Positions 28,297-37,900 of a stretch of 64,000 bases of DNA are shown here, piece after piece. A program made the position numbers and the translations under genes. The notes under the pieces were generated by a model, which was not told where the DNA came from, ran no database searches, and saw nothing but the letters and a program-made list of their open reading frames with translations. Positions within the stretch are counted from its first letter, which is position 1, and the number at the start of each line of letters is the position of its first letter. Origin of the DNA: Chitinophagaceae bacterium (lineage in GTDB: Bacteria; Bacteroidota; Bacteroidia; Chitinophagales; Chitinophagaceae); contig JBDSBR010000018.1 in the NCBI GenBank assembly GCA_039921505.1, forward strand, positions 1,233 through 65,232. The letters run 5' to 3'.

Positions 28297-30456
28297 ATGA
28301 ACAGAATATGTTTAACTATTGTGGCATTAATATGCGCCACTCATTCATTCGGGCAAAACAGCCTGAAAATAAAGATCAGTCATGCAGGCAATAAAGAACC
28401 GCTGGCAGCAGCAACGGTTTCGATCCAACGCCTTAAGAAAGTTATTATTACAGATAGTACAGGGGTAGCTTTTCTTCAACAGCTGCCTGGAGGCATCTAC
28501 CAGGTAGTGATTTCTTATGCCGGCTTCGTTGAAAAGGAATTGACAGTGACTATTCCTTTCAGGGGATCAATTCTTGAAGTTGAATTAGAACCTGGAGACG
28601 AGGAAGAAGAGATTGTGATCCAGTCAACCCGCAGCTCAAGAACCATACGTGATATCCCCACGCGGGTGGAATTCATCGCCGGGGAAGAACTGGATGAAAA
28701 AGCGAATATGAAACCGGGAGATATCCGGATGGTACTAACCGAAAGTACCGGTATACAAACACAACAAACATCGGCCACTTCCGCCAATGCCTCCATCCGT
28801 ATACAGGGGCTTGATGGACGCTATACGCAACTATTGAAAGATGGCTTTCCTGTTTACGCCGGATTCAGCAGTGGTCTGGGTTTGCTGCAAACACCCCCAT
28901 TGGACCTGAAACAATTCGAAGTGATCAAGGGTTCTGCATCTACCTTATATGGGGGAGGGGCCATTGCAGGGCTGGTCAACCTGATCTCCAAAACTCCCGG
29001 AGCCGAGCGGGAAATAAAATTTCATCTTGATGCTACTTCTGCAGGCGGACTCAACACGAGTGGTTTTTATGGACAGAAATTTAAAAAAACGGGTGTGACC
29101 GTTTTTGCTTCGCGCAACAGTAATGCAGTTTATGATCCTGCCGGTATCGGGCTGACCGCTATTCCAAAATTTGAACGCTTCACGATCAATCCAAAACTGT
29201 TTTTATTTTTTAGTGCTGGTTCTGAATTAAGCCTGGGTATAAATATCACAACTGAAAAACGTACGGGTGGACAAGTGGATTTTATAAAAGGGGACAACCC
29301 TTCCGGTTTTTTTGAAGCCAATAATACGGACCGCTACAGTACACAGTTAAATTTCAAACACCCGGTTGGCAGGTCCGGGATGGTTACTGTAAAGAACAGC
29401 CTGAGCCGTTTCCAGCGGGCTATCAGCCTGCGGGGGTATGTTTTTAACGGGACACAGGATGGAACATTTACAGAACTCACTTATGCTAAACAGTATGATC
29501 GTTCAGAATGGATCACAGGGATAAACCTGGTTACGGATGATTTCAGGGAACGACAACTTACTTCAACCCCTTTGCGGAATTATAACCAGCTGACTGTTGG
29601 TGCATTTGTTCAGCATAACTGGAAAATAAATGAGAAAGTGCATCTGGAAACCGGGTTAAGGGGAGATGAAGTGGACAACTATGGTTTTGTATTATTGCCA
29701 AGGCTCTCGGCCCTGTTTAAATTCTCTTCCAAACTATCATCACGTATCGGCGGCGGATTGGGGTATAAATCGCCCACTGTCTTTTCTGAAGAAAGTGAGC
29801 GGCTGCATTATAAAAATGTGCTGCCGGTGGATAATAATTTAAATAAGCTGGAGAAGAGTTACGGTATCAACGGTGATATCAATTACAAAACAAAACTTGC
29901 TGATGGTGATGTAAGTTTAAGTATTAACCATCTTTTGTTTTATACGCGGATCGATCATCCTTTGTTGCTGCAACCTGATGGATTGAATTATCGTTTCAAT
30001 ACTTCTACAGGTCACATCGACAGTAAGGGAATGGAAACAAATGTAAAAATCGGTTACCGCGATTTCAAATTATTCCTCGGCTATACATTTGTAAAAGCCT
30101 GGTTGCATGAAGGCAGCAACAAATCGGAAACCTTTCTCACCCCCAATCACCGCCTTAATAACGTCCTGGTGTATGAAGTGGAAAATAAATGGAAACTGGG
30201 ATTGGAGGGTTATTATTTCAGTAAACAGCAGTTGAGTGACGGAACAACGGGGAAACCTTACTGGATAACGGGATTTATGGCGGAAAGGCTTTGGAAGAAG
30301 TTTTCCCTCTATATCAATTTTGAGAACTTCCTCGACACAAGACAAACGAAATTTGGAAGCATTTATACAGGACCCGTCAGCGACCCGCAGTTCAGGGATA
30401 TCTATGCACCCCTGGATGGGTTCGTGATGAATGGAGGTATTAAATTTAAATTATAA
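28297..30456 (+). CDS. TonB-dependent receptor with N-terminal carboxypeptidase-like domain
   Basis: Plug motifs IRIQGLDGRYTQLLKDG and EVIKGSASTLYGGGAIAGLVNLISK; terminal GGIKFKL. Confidence 0.92.
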   Translation: MNRICLTIVALICATHSFGQNSLKIKISHAGNKEPLAAATVSIQRLKKVIITDSTGVAFLQQLPGGIYQVVISYAGFVEKELTVTIPFRGSILEVELEPGDEEEEIVIQSTRSSRTIRDIPTRVEFIAGEELDEKANMKPGDIRMVLTESTGIQTQQTSATSANASIRIQGLDGRYTQLLKDGFPVYAGFSSGLGLLQTPPLDLKQFEVIKGSASTLYGGGAIAGLVNLISKTPGAEREIKFHLDATSAGGLNTSGFYGQKFKKTGVTVFASRNSNAVYDPAGIGLTAIPKFERFTINPKLFLFFSAGSELSLGINITTEKRTGGQVDFIKGDNPSGFFEANNTDRYSTQLNFKHPVGRSGMVTVKNSLSRFQRAISLRGYVFNGTQDGTFTELTYAKQYDRSEWITGINLVTDDFRERQLTSTPLRNYNQLTVGAFVQHNWKINEKVHLETGLRGDEVDNYGFVLLPRLSALFKFSSKLSSRIGGGLGYKSPTVFSEESERLHYKNVLPVDNNLNKLEKSYGINGDINYKTKLADGDVSLSINHLLFYTRIDHPLLLQPDGLNYRFNTSTGHIDSKGMETNVKIGYRDFKLFLGYTFVKAWLHEGSNKSETFLTPNHRLNNVLVYEVENKWKLGLEGYYFSKQQLSDGTTGKPYWITGFMAERLWKKFSLYINFENFLDTRQTKFGSIYTGPVSDPQFRDIYAPLDGFVMNGGIKFKL

Positions 30457-30600
30457 TCATTCAAAACTCCGGAAGCGTTTATCCGGCGCTTTAAAGCGGA
30501 AATCCGGGATTTTATCGCATTTTTAAAGGCAATTTCTTCGTCGCCAGTGGAGTTTACCAGGCCAGTTCTCCCGGAATAGCAACTATTTCCGGCTAAAAGC

Positions 30601-30608
30601 TATCTTTG
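30601..30608 (+). promoter_or_regulatory. -7 promoter box (DUF4920 gene)
   Basis: TATCTTTG. Confidence 0.55.
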
Positions 30609-30646
30609 CTGTCCACCCCGGGTGACCGGGTAAACATTCAAAAAAG

Positions 30647-31129
30647 ATGATCATGAAAAAATTCTTTCTTACGCTTGTTGTTGCAACTTTTGCCTTTGTG
30701 GTCAATGCCCAGCCTCCTGCCGGCGATGCCAAACCCGGTGAATGGTATGGTGAAAAAGTGAAGCCGGATGGCGCGCAGGATATCAATGATGTAGTGGCAA
30801 GACTGAAAGATGGTTCCCAGGAATTTGACGTAAAGCTCACGGCAAAAATAGTTGAAGTCTGTCCCAAGAAAGGCTGCTGGCTGAAACTTGAATTGAAGGA
30901 CGGGACTACCGCTATGGTAAAAATGAAAGACTATGGTTTCTTCCTTCCCGTTGCTGCCACCGGCAAGACCGTCATTATCGATGGTGAAGTAAAGATCAAA
31001 ACAACTTCGGTTTCCGAATTGAAGCATTATGCCGAAGATGCCAAAAAATCAAAAGAAGAAATTGACGCGATCACACAACCCCAGGAAGAGGTAAGGGTAA
31101 TGGCTAAAGGCATCGTAGTAGTAAAATAA
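30647..31129 (+). CDS. DUF4920 domain protein
   Basis: Signal peptide; VCPKKGCWL, MKDYGFFLP, LKHYAEDAKKSKEEI. Confidence 0.8.
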   Translation: MIMKKFFLTLVVATFAFVVNAQPPAGDAKPGEWYGEKVKPDGAQDINDVVARLKDGSQEFDVKLTAKIVEVCPKKGCWLKLELKDGTTAMVKMKDYGFFLPVAATGKTVIIDGEVKIKTTSVSELKHYAEDAKKSKEEIDAITQPQEEVRVMAKGIVVVK

Positions 31130-31148
31130 ATTTTTAAGGAAAATACTG

Positions 31149-31181
31149 AAAGGGCTGTTCATGACGAACAGCCCTTTTTTT
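31149..31181 (+). terminator. Rho-independent terminator
   Basis: AAAGGGCTGTTC-ATGAC-GAACAGCCCTTT followed by a T-run. Confidence 0.85.
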
Positions 31182-31187
31182 AATATA

Positions 31188-31351
31188 GCCACAGATTACA
31201 TGGATTAACACAGATTAATACAGGAAGCCACGAAATCACACTAAATCACACAAAAAAATAACATGTTTTTTTTGTGATAATTCGTGTGTATTCGTGGCTT
31301 AAAAAAAACTGCGTAAGCAGTTAATCTGTGTTAATCCGTGTAATCTGTGGC
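31188..31351. repeat. Nested double inverted micro-repeat (~9-nt period)
   Basis: Outer 31-bp arms 31188-31218 / 31321-31351 differ at one base; inner AAGCCACGAA.../...TTCGTGGCTT pair. Confidence 0.9.
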
Positions 31352-31610
31352 AAAAACGTTCCTGCATACCGTCATTTGACCAATCCTGTCACATCATCGT
31401 CAGTTTTTTTTTGCATAACCACTTTTTCTTTTTTCTTTACGATACTCTCCTTGACAACATGAATAGTGGAATGCAAAAAACTGTGATCATAATGATCATG
31501 AAAGATCGTTGTCATCTTTTTGTAAAACAATCCGATAATAACAGATGCTGACAATGGGATGATAAACCATAACTCCTTCTGAAAGACATTTGCCGCCGAA
31601 ATTATAAACT

Positions 31611-33683
31611 ATGAGAAAAATTTATAACAGTGTTCTTATCTTATTAATAACCGGAACTGCTTCAGCGCAACTTTACACGCCAACGCCTGGGGAAGACACA
31701 ACCAGGACAAAAGACCTGGAAGGGATAGTGATAACAGGGCAGTACAAACCTCAATCGCTGAAGAACTCAGTGTACCAGGTCAGGTCCATCAGTCAACAAC
31801 ACATCCTCCTGAGCGGTGCGACCAATGTACAACAGGTACTGAGCAATGAACTTGGTTTTCGTTTTTCTGCTGATAACACACTTGGTGCTACAGATGTGCA
31901 ACTGATGCGGATGAGCGGAAGAAATGTAAAGATCCTGCTGGATGGGGTGCCGCTTCCCGATCGGGGTGATACAAGAGAAAGCCTGAACCAGGTAGATATC
32001 AATACCATCGAAAGAATAGAGATCGTGGAGGGACCCATGTCCGTGTCTTACGGTTCAGACGCCCTGGCAGGCGTGATCAACCTGATCACTAAGAAAAATA
32101 GTTCCGCTGGTCTTTCTGTATCCGCCAAGGCAAGAGAAGAAACAGCGGGAAATGAATATTATCCTTTTAGTTATAAAGGGGTGCATACGCAAAACGCATC
32201 GATCAGTTATAAAAAGAGTAATTGGGATATCAGCACCGGGGGTACCCATAATGATTTTAATGGGATCGGGGGCGATGCCTACGGGAGAGGTAAAACATGG
32301 CGTCCCAAAGAACAGTGGTTGGGTAATATCAGGACCGGCTACAGCAGGAATTCTTTTTCCATTTACTACCGGCTGGATGGTTTGCACGAAGCCATTACAA
32401 AACGTGATTCTATCAATTATCTCAATTATAAAGCGATCGATAAACAATATAGCACCAACCGGTTTACCCACCAGGTGCAGTCGCAGGTTCGTTTTAGCAG
32501 TAAGACAGATCTTGCTACCATTCTATCCTATACTAATTATGAACGGCAGACAAAAACGACAAGGCATAATTTTGAGACAGGTACGGATGAATTGACTACC
32601 GGGGCCGGCGAACAGGATATTTCGAAGCTGAATAGTTTTGTATTCCGTAATACGCTTCATTACGAATTGTCAAAAAAGCTTTCGTTGCAGCCGGGTATCG
32701 ATATCAACCGGGAACAGGCCAAAGGCCAGCGTATTACCGGTGATCCAGTCATTAACGATTATGCTCTTTTCGTATCAGCTGAAATTAAACCAACCAGTAA
32801 GATCAATATCCGCCCGGGATTGCGTTTTATAAAAAACAGTGTTTACAACGCCCCCCCCGTTATACCCTCTCTCAATACCAGGTTTGTTTTAAATGATCAC
32901 CTTGACCTGAGACTTGCTTATGCCTATGGGTTCCGTTCACCGGCGCTGCGTGAACTATATTTTGAGTTCATCGACGCCAACCACAATATCGTTGGTAACC
33001 CAAATCTTAAAGCAGAGACTTCCAACAGTTTCAATGGTTCGCTGACCTGGGCCGGTGCCTATAAAAAAGGAAGCCATTTCAATATTTCTTTAAACGGTTT
33101 TTATACGGATTTCAACAACCAGATTGCCTTTGCATTGGCTGATCCTGTAAGCAACCAGTACACCTACTTCAATGTAAATAAAGCCCGGATTACCGGCGGG
33201 ACAATTGAGGCAAAATTATCAGGCAAGGCGCTGCAGGCAAATGCCGGTTTTTCCTACACGGGGTATGACCGTGAATTATATGATGACAAGGATTTTATCA
33301 GGGTTGATACAAAGAAATTTCTCTGGGCACCGGAATTCAATACATCGGCCAGCTACACGTTGAGTAAGATCAAAACAACCTTCAGTCTCTATTATAAGTT
33401 TACGGGGAAGACACCGCAATATGTAACAGGAAAGAATACCAGCAACCAACCGGTACTCTATATCGCCGAAACAAATGCGTATCACCAGGCCGACCTGACC
33501 GCTTATACAACGATCAATAAATATTTATCGGTTTCGGGAGGGGTTAAAAATTTATTCGATGTCACCAACGTTGCCAGCACCGCCGCTTCTTCAGGAAGTA
33601 TACATGATTCAGGGAACGGTACAGCGATCGGGTATGGCCGTTCTTATTTCCTGGGGCTGAATTTCCAATTTAATAAAAAATAA
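31611..33683 (+). CDS. TonB-dependent receptor, HmuR-like heme/iron type
   Basis: ERIEIVEGPMSVSYGSDALAGVINLIT, FRSPALRELY, GNPNLKAE; adjacent to HmuY. Confidence 0.88.
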   Translation: MRKIYNSVLILLITGTASAQLYTPTPGEDTTRTKDLEGIVITGQYKPQSLKNSVYQVRSISQQHILLSGATNVQQVLSNELGFRFSADNTLGATDVQLMRMSGRNVKILLDGVPLPDRGDTRESLNQVDINTIERIEIVEGPMSVSYGSDALAGVINLITKKNSSAGLSVSAKAREETAGNEYYPFSYKGVHTQNASISYKKSNWDISTGGTHNDFNGIGGDAYGRGKTWRPKEQWLGNIRTGYSRNSFSIYYRLDGLHEAITKRDSINYLNYKAIDKQYSTNRFTHQVQSQVRFSSKTDLATILSYTNYERQTKTTRHNFETGTDELTTGAGEQDISKLNSFVFRNTLHYELSKKLSLQPGIDINREQAKGQRITGDPVINDYALFVSAEIKPTSKINIRPGLRFIKNSVYNAPPVIPSLNTRFVLNDHLDLRLAYAYGFRSPALRELYFEFIDANHNIVGNPNLKAETSNSFNGSLTWAGAYKKGSHFNISLNGFYTDFNNQIAFALADPVSNQYTYFNVNKARITGGTIEAKLSGKALQANAGFSYTGYDRELYDDKDFIRVDTKKFLWAPEFNTSASYTLSKIKTTFSLYYKFTGKTPQYVTGKNTSNQPVLYIAETNAYHQADLTAYTTINKYLSVSGGVKNLFDVTNVASTAASSGSIHDSGNGTAIGYGRSYFLGLNFQFNKK

Positions 33684-33721
33684 AACATTCACTTATTTAT
33701 AAAAAACAAAGCAGCATACAG

Positions 33722-34780
33722 ATGAAAAGATTTATTGCAATTACACTTGTAACTTTCGCGTTGGGAAGCTGTAAAAAAGATATAGACCCCATTATCATTG
33801 TTCCTCCTTCAGCGGGTTCCAGCATCAGTCTTAATGGTATCGCTGGTACCGAAAGTGGAAGCGCGGCAGGCAATTCGGTATACCTGGATCTGTCCGCAGA
33901 CCGGCAAACTACCTCGTTAAGAAGCAGCTGGGACCTTGGATTTTACAGTGGTTCCGATTTCAGGGTCATCCTCAATAATACTTCCAGTGCAGGGGCCAAG
34001 GTCCTCGCTAAAAATGACCTGGCTACAGTCGGGGTTGCTGACACGATTGGTCTTATCCTGGCAACCAGTCAAACCAATCCTTTACCCGAGCAACTGGTTT
34101 GGTTTGATGAGGTGACGGGTGACTTGGCCAAAACCGTTATACCCGCAGTAGCTGCTGTGGATGCGGATAACAAAGTGATCATTGTAAACCGCGGTACGGG
34201 TGGTGGAATTGCCCCAAGACCCTGGATTAAATTACGGGTATTGCGTAATCCTTCAGGCGGATACATTTTACAATATGCGGGTATACAGGAAACAAGTTTC
34301 AGGACCCTGCAGGTACCCAAAGATGCTGCGTATAATTTTAAATTCGTTTCATTTGATAACGGTATCGTTGATGTACAACCGGAAAAAGAAAGGTGGGATC
34401 TTGTCTGGACTTATTCGGTGTTTGAAACCAATTTCGGCGCCGGCCAGGTACCTTATAATTTTTCTGACCTGGTCGCGATTAATCAACTGGCCGGTGTTAC
34501 TGTAGCTTCAAAAACATATTCATCAGCTGCTATTGCAGCCGCTGCCTATTCTGCTTTCAACAGGGACAGCGTAGCTACTGCGACATTGGTGAATAACCGT
34601 TGGGCGATCGGGAGTGGCTGGAGAAGCACACAACCTGCTACCGGGGCAAGGCTGGACAGGTTCTATATCATCAAAGATCCCAATGGGAATTATTATAAAT
34701 TCCGCTGCCTGGCCATGGGCGTTGGTGCGGACGGAGGTGTGAGGGGCAGACCCGATTTCCAGTACCAGTTGATAAGATAA
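33722..34780 (+). CDS. hmuY: HmuY-family lipoprotein
   Basis: Lipobox LGSC; VYLDLS, WDLGF, WDLVWT, GNYYKF motifs. Confidence 0.8.
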   Translation: MKRFIAITLVTFALGSCKKDIDPIIIVPPSAGSSISLNGIAGTESGSAAGNSVYLDLSADRQTTSLRSSWDLGFYSGSDFRVILNNTSSAGAKVLAKNDLATVGVADTIGLILATSQTNPLPEQLVWFDEVTGDLAKTVIPAVAAVDADNKVIIVNRGTGGGIAPRPWIKLRVLRNPSGGYILQYAGIQETSFRTLQVPKDAAYNFKFVSFDNGIVDVQPEKERWDLVWTYSVFETNFGAGQVPYNFSDLVAINQLAGVTVASKTYSSAAIAAAAYSAFNRDSVATATLVNNRWAIGSGWRSTQPATGARLDRFYIIKDPNGNYYKFRCLAMGVGADGGVRGRPDFQYQLIR

Positions 34781-34782
34781 AA

Positions 34783-34897
34783 AGACCGGAAGACCGGAAG
34801 AGGGGAAGACAGGAAGACCGGAAGACCGGAAGAATATTCTCATTAGCAGGGACTCTCTTCCGGACTTTCCGTCTTCCCGTCTTGCAGCTGTCTTCCC
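34783..34897. repeat. Octamer inverted micro-repeat (CCGGAAGA-type x6 vs TCTTCCG-type)
   Basis: CCGGAAGA CCGGAAGA GGGGAAGA CAGGAAGA CCGGAAGA CCGGAAGA, with a degenerate mirror at 34856-34897. Confidence 0.85.
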
Positions 34898-34928
34898 TTT
34901 TATTGTCTTAACTTCGCAGCCTTTTAGA

Positions 34929-37900
34929 ATGGCTATGAATGCTAAATACAAGGAATTTACAGGCCTGGATCTGCCGGGTATGGAACGGGAGATTCTTGCA
35001 GAATGGACTGAAAAACAAGCTTTTGAAAAAAGTGTGTCCCTCCGGGAAGGCGCTGCCCCCTTTGTATTTTATGAAGGGCCCCCGAGCGCCAACGGCATGC
35101 CCGGTATTCACCATGTTATTTCGAGGACACTGAAAGACCTTGTGTGCCGGTATAAGACCATGAAAGGTTTCCAGGTAAAACGAAAAGGCGGATGGGATAC
35201 CCATGGACTCCCGATCGAACTGGGCGTAGAAAAAGAACTGGGTATCACCAAGGAAGATATCGGCAAAAAAATATCAGTAGAAGAGTATAACCAGAAATGC
35301 CGCGAAGCGGTATTGCGCTATAAAGATAAATGGGATGATATCACCCGCAAGATGGGGTATTGGGTAGATCTCAACGATCCTTATATCACTTACAAGAATG
35401 AATACATTGAATCGGTTTGGTGGATATTGAGCGAGTTGTATAAAAAAGGGTTGCTCTATGAAAGTGTAAGCATCCAACCCTATTCACCTGCAGCAGGAAC
35501 CGGGTTGAGTTCGCATGAGCTAAATCAACCGGGAACCTATAAGGATGTAAAGGATACAAGTGCGGTGGCGATGTTTAAAGCCTCCCCAAACCCCTCCGAA
35601 GGAGGGGCTTATAAAAACCCCGGTATTAGCAAACTTTTTTCTGCCATTGCGGAGTCTCAGAACCCTCCTTCGGAGGGCAGGGAGGCTGAGATTTTCTTCC
35701 TCGCCTGGACTACTACTCCCTGGACGTTACCCTCTAACCTGGGATTAACTGTTGGCGGTAATATTGATTATGTGCTAGTAAAAACAACTAATCCATATCT
35801 GTATAACCCTATTAATGTTGTTTTAGCAAAACAATTGATGCCAAAATACTTTGATGGCACAAGTATTAGTGATGCTGTAGGGACCAAGTATTCAATTCTT
35901 AGTCAAGATGATAATATAAAAAGGAAAAGTGTTGAATGGGAAATTATATCCGAATTCAAAGGAAAAGAACTGGAAGGCTGTGAATACGAACAACTGCTTC
36001 CTTACAAAGCCAATTCATTAAAAGCGATAGAAGAAATAACCCCGGGTGCAAAACCATTCCGTGTAATGGTGGATAGTTTCGTTACAACCGAAGACGGTAC
36101 CGGTATTGTACACACAGCTCCGGCATTTGGCGCCGATGACTATAAAGTAGGAAAGAAATACAACATTGGCATCCTTACCATGGTTGACAGGGAAGGAAAA
36201 TTTGTAGAAGGATTAGGTGAGTTCAGCAATCGTTTTGTAAAGAATTATAAGGATGACCCGAACTATGTTGATGTAAATGTTGATATCAGCGTAAAATTGA
36301 AAAAAGAGAACCGGGCTTTTAAAGTAGAAAAATACGAACACAATTACCCGCATTGCTGGAGAACCGATAAACCTATTCTTTATTACCCGCTGGATGCCTG
36401 GTTCATTAAGACCACGGCCGTAAAAGAAAGAATGGTGGAACTGAACAAAACCATCAACTGGAAGCCCAAATCCACTGGTGACGGGCGTTTTGGTAACTGG
36501 CTGGAGAACGTGGTAGACTGGAACCTGAGCCGTTCCCGGTATTGGGGAACACCATTACCTATCTGGAGAACCGAAGAAGGCGATGAAGAAGTTTGTATTG
36601 GCTCTATAGAAGAGTTGAACGATGGTATCCGCAAAGCAAGTGAAGTATTGGGTGGCGATGTCAACAAACATTACCTGCATGAAGGCATTCTTGATCTTCA
36701 CAAACCTTATGTAGATGATATCATTCTCGTAAGCAAGTCAGGTAAGCCGATGAAAAGGGTTTCTGACCTCATCGACGTCTGGTTTGATTCCGGTTCCATG
36801 CCCTATGCCCAGTGGGGATTGCCCGATACAAGTTCAAACCAGTTTGGTCCGCTGACCGCAGAGAACTTCTTCAAATATCATGCATCTTCGAAGGCCTCCC
36901 CCTTGTGGGGAGGCTTGGAGGGGGCTGCTTTCCCGGCTGATTATATCGCCGAAGGAGTGGACCAGACAAGAGGATGGTTCTATACACTCCATGCGATTGC
37001 CGTAATGCTGTTCGACAGCGTAGCTTATAAAACCTGCGTATCCAATGGCCTCGTACTGGATAAGAACGGTAATAAAATGAGCAAACGCCTGGGCAACGTG
37101 GTTGATCCTTTCACGACGATCGAAACCTTTGGTGCCGATGCGACGAGATGGTACCTCGTTACCAATGCATCGCCCTGGGATAATATGAAATTTGACCTTG
37201 AAGGGATCAAAGAAGTACAACGTAAGTTCTTCGGCACGTTGTACAATACTTACCAGTTCTTTGCGCTTTATTCGAACGTGGATGGATTTGCTTTCAAAGA
37301 AAAATATATCCCGCTGGCCGAACGCCCGGAGATCGACCGCTGGATACTTTCCTCGCTCAATACGGTGGTAAAGCAAGCCAATGAATACATGGATGATTAT
37401 GAGCCAACACAGGCTGGTCGTGTGATAGAGGATTTCGTGGATGAACAGTTGAGTAACTGGTATGTCCGTCTTTGCCGCCGCCGTTTCTGGAAAGGTGAGT
37501 ATGAGCAGGATAAGATCTGCGCTTACCAGACATTATATGAATGCCTGGAAACAATCAGTCGCCTGGTAGCACCCATTTCTCCATTCTTCAGCGATGTATT
37601 GTTCCGCAATCTTAATGCAGTTACAAAAAGATTTAATGCAGAGTCTGTGCATCATATAAGCTATCCTGATTTAGATGCATGCCAGGACCCCCCAACGGGA
37701 GGCAGAGGGGCTATCGATGAATCGCTCGAAGAAAGAATGCAACTGGCACAGGATGTTTCTTCCCTGGTCTTATCGCTCCGGAAGAAAATGAATCTGAAAG
37801 TTCGCCAGCCTTTGCAAAAGGTACTGGTACCTGTATTGAGTGTTTCCATGAAACAGCAACTCCAAAAAGTGGAAGACCTGGTTAAAGCAGAAGTAAATGT

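Noticed and set aside
30457-30600. Small palindromes after the TonB receptor as a riboswitch
   Set aside because: No cobalamin, TPP, FMN or SAM consensus motifs seen.
31372-31608. His-rich 60-aa minus ORF upstream of the heme receptor
   Set aside because: TTG start, overlaps the receptor promoter region, no supporting signals. I also found no convincing Fur box.
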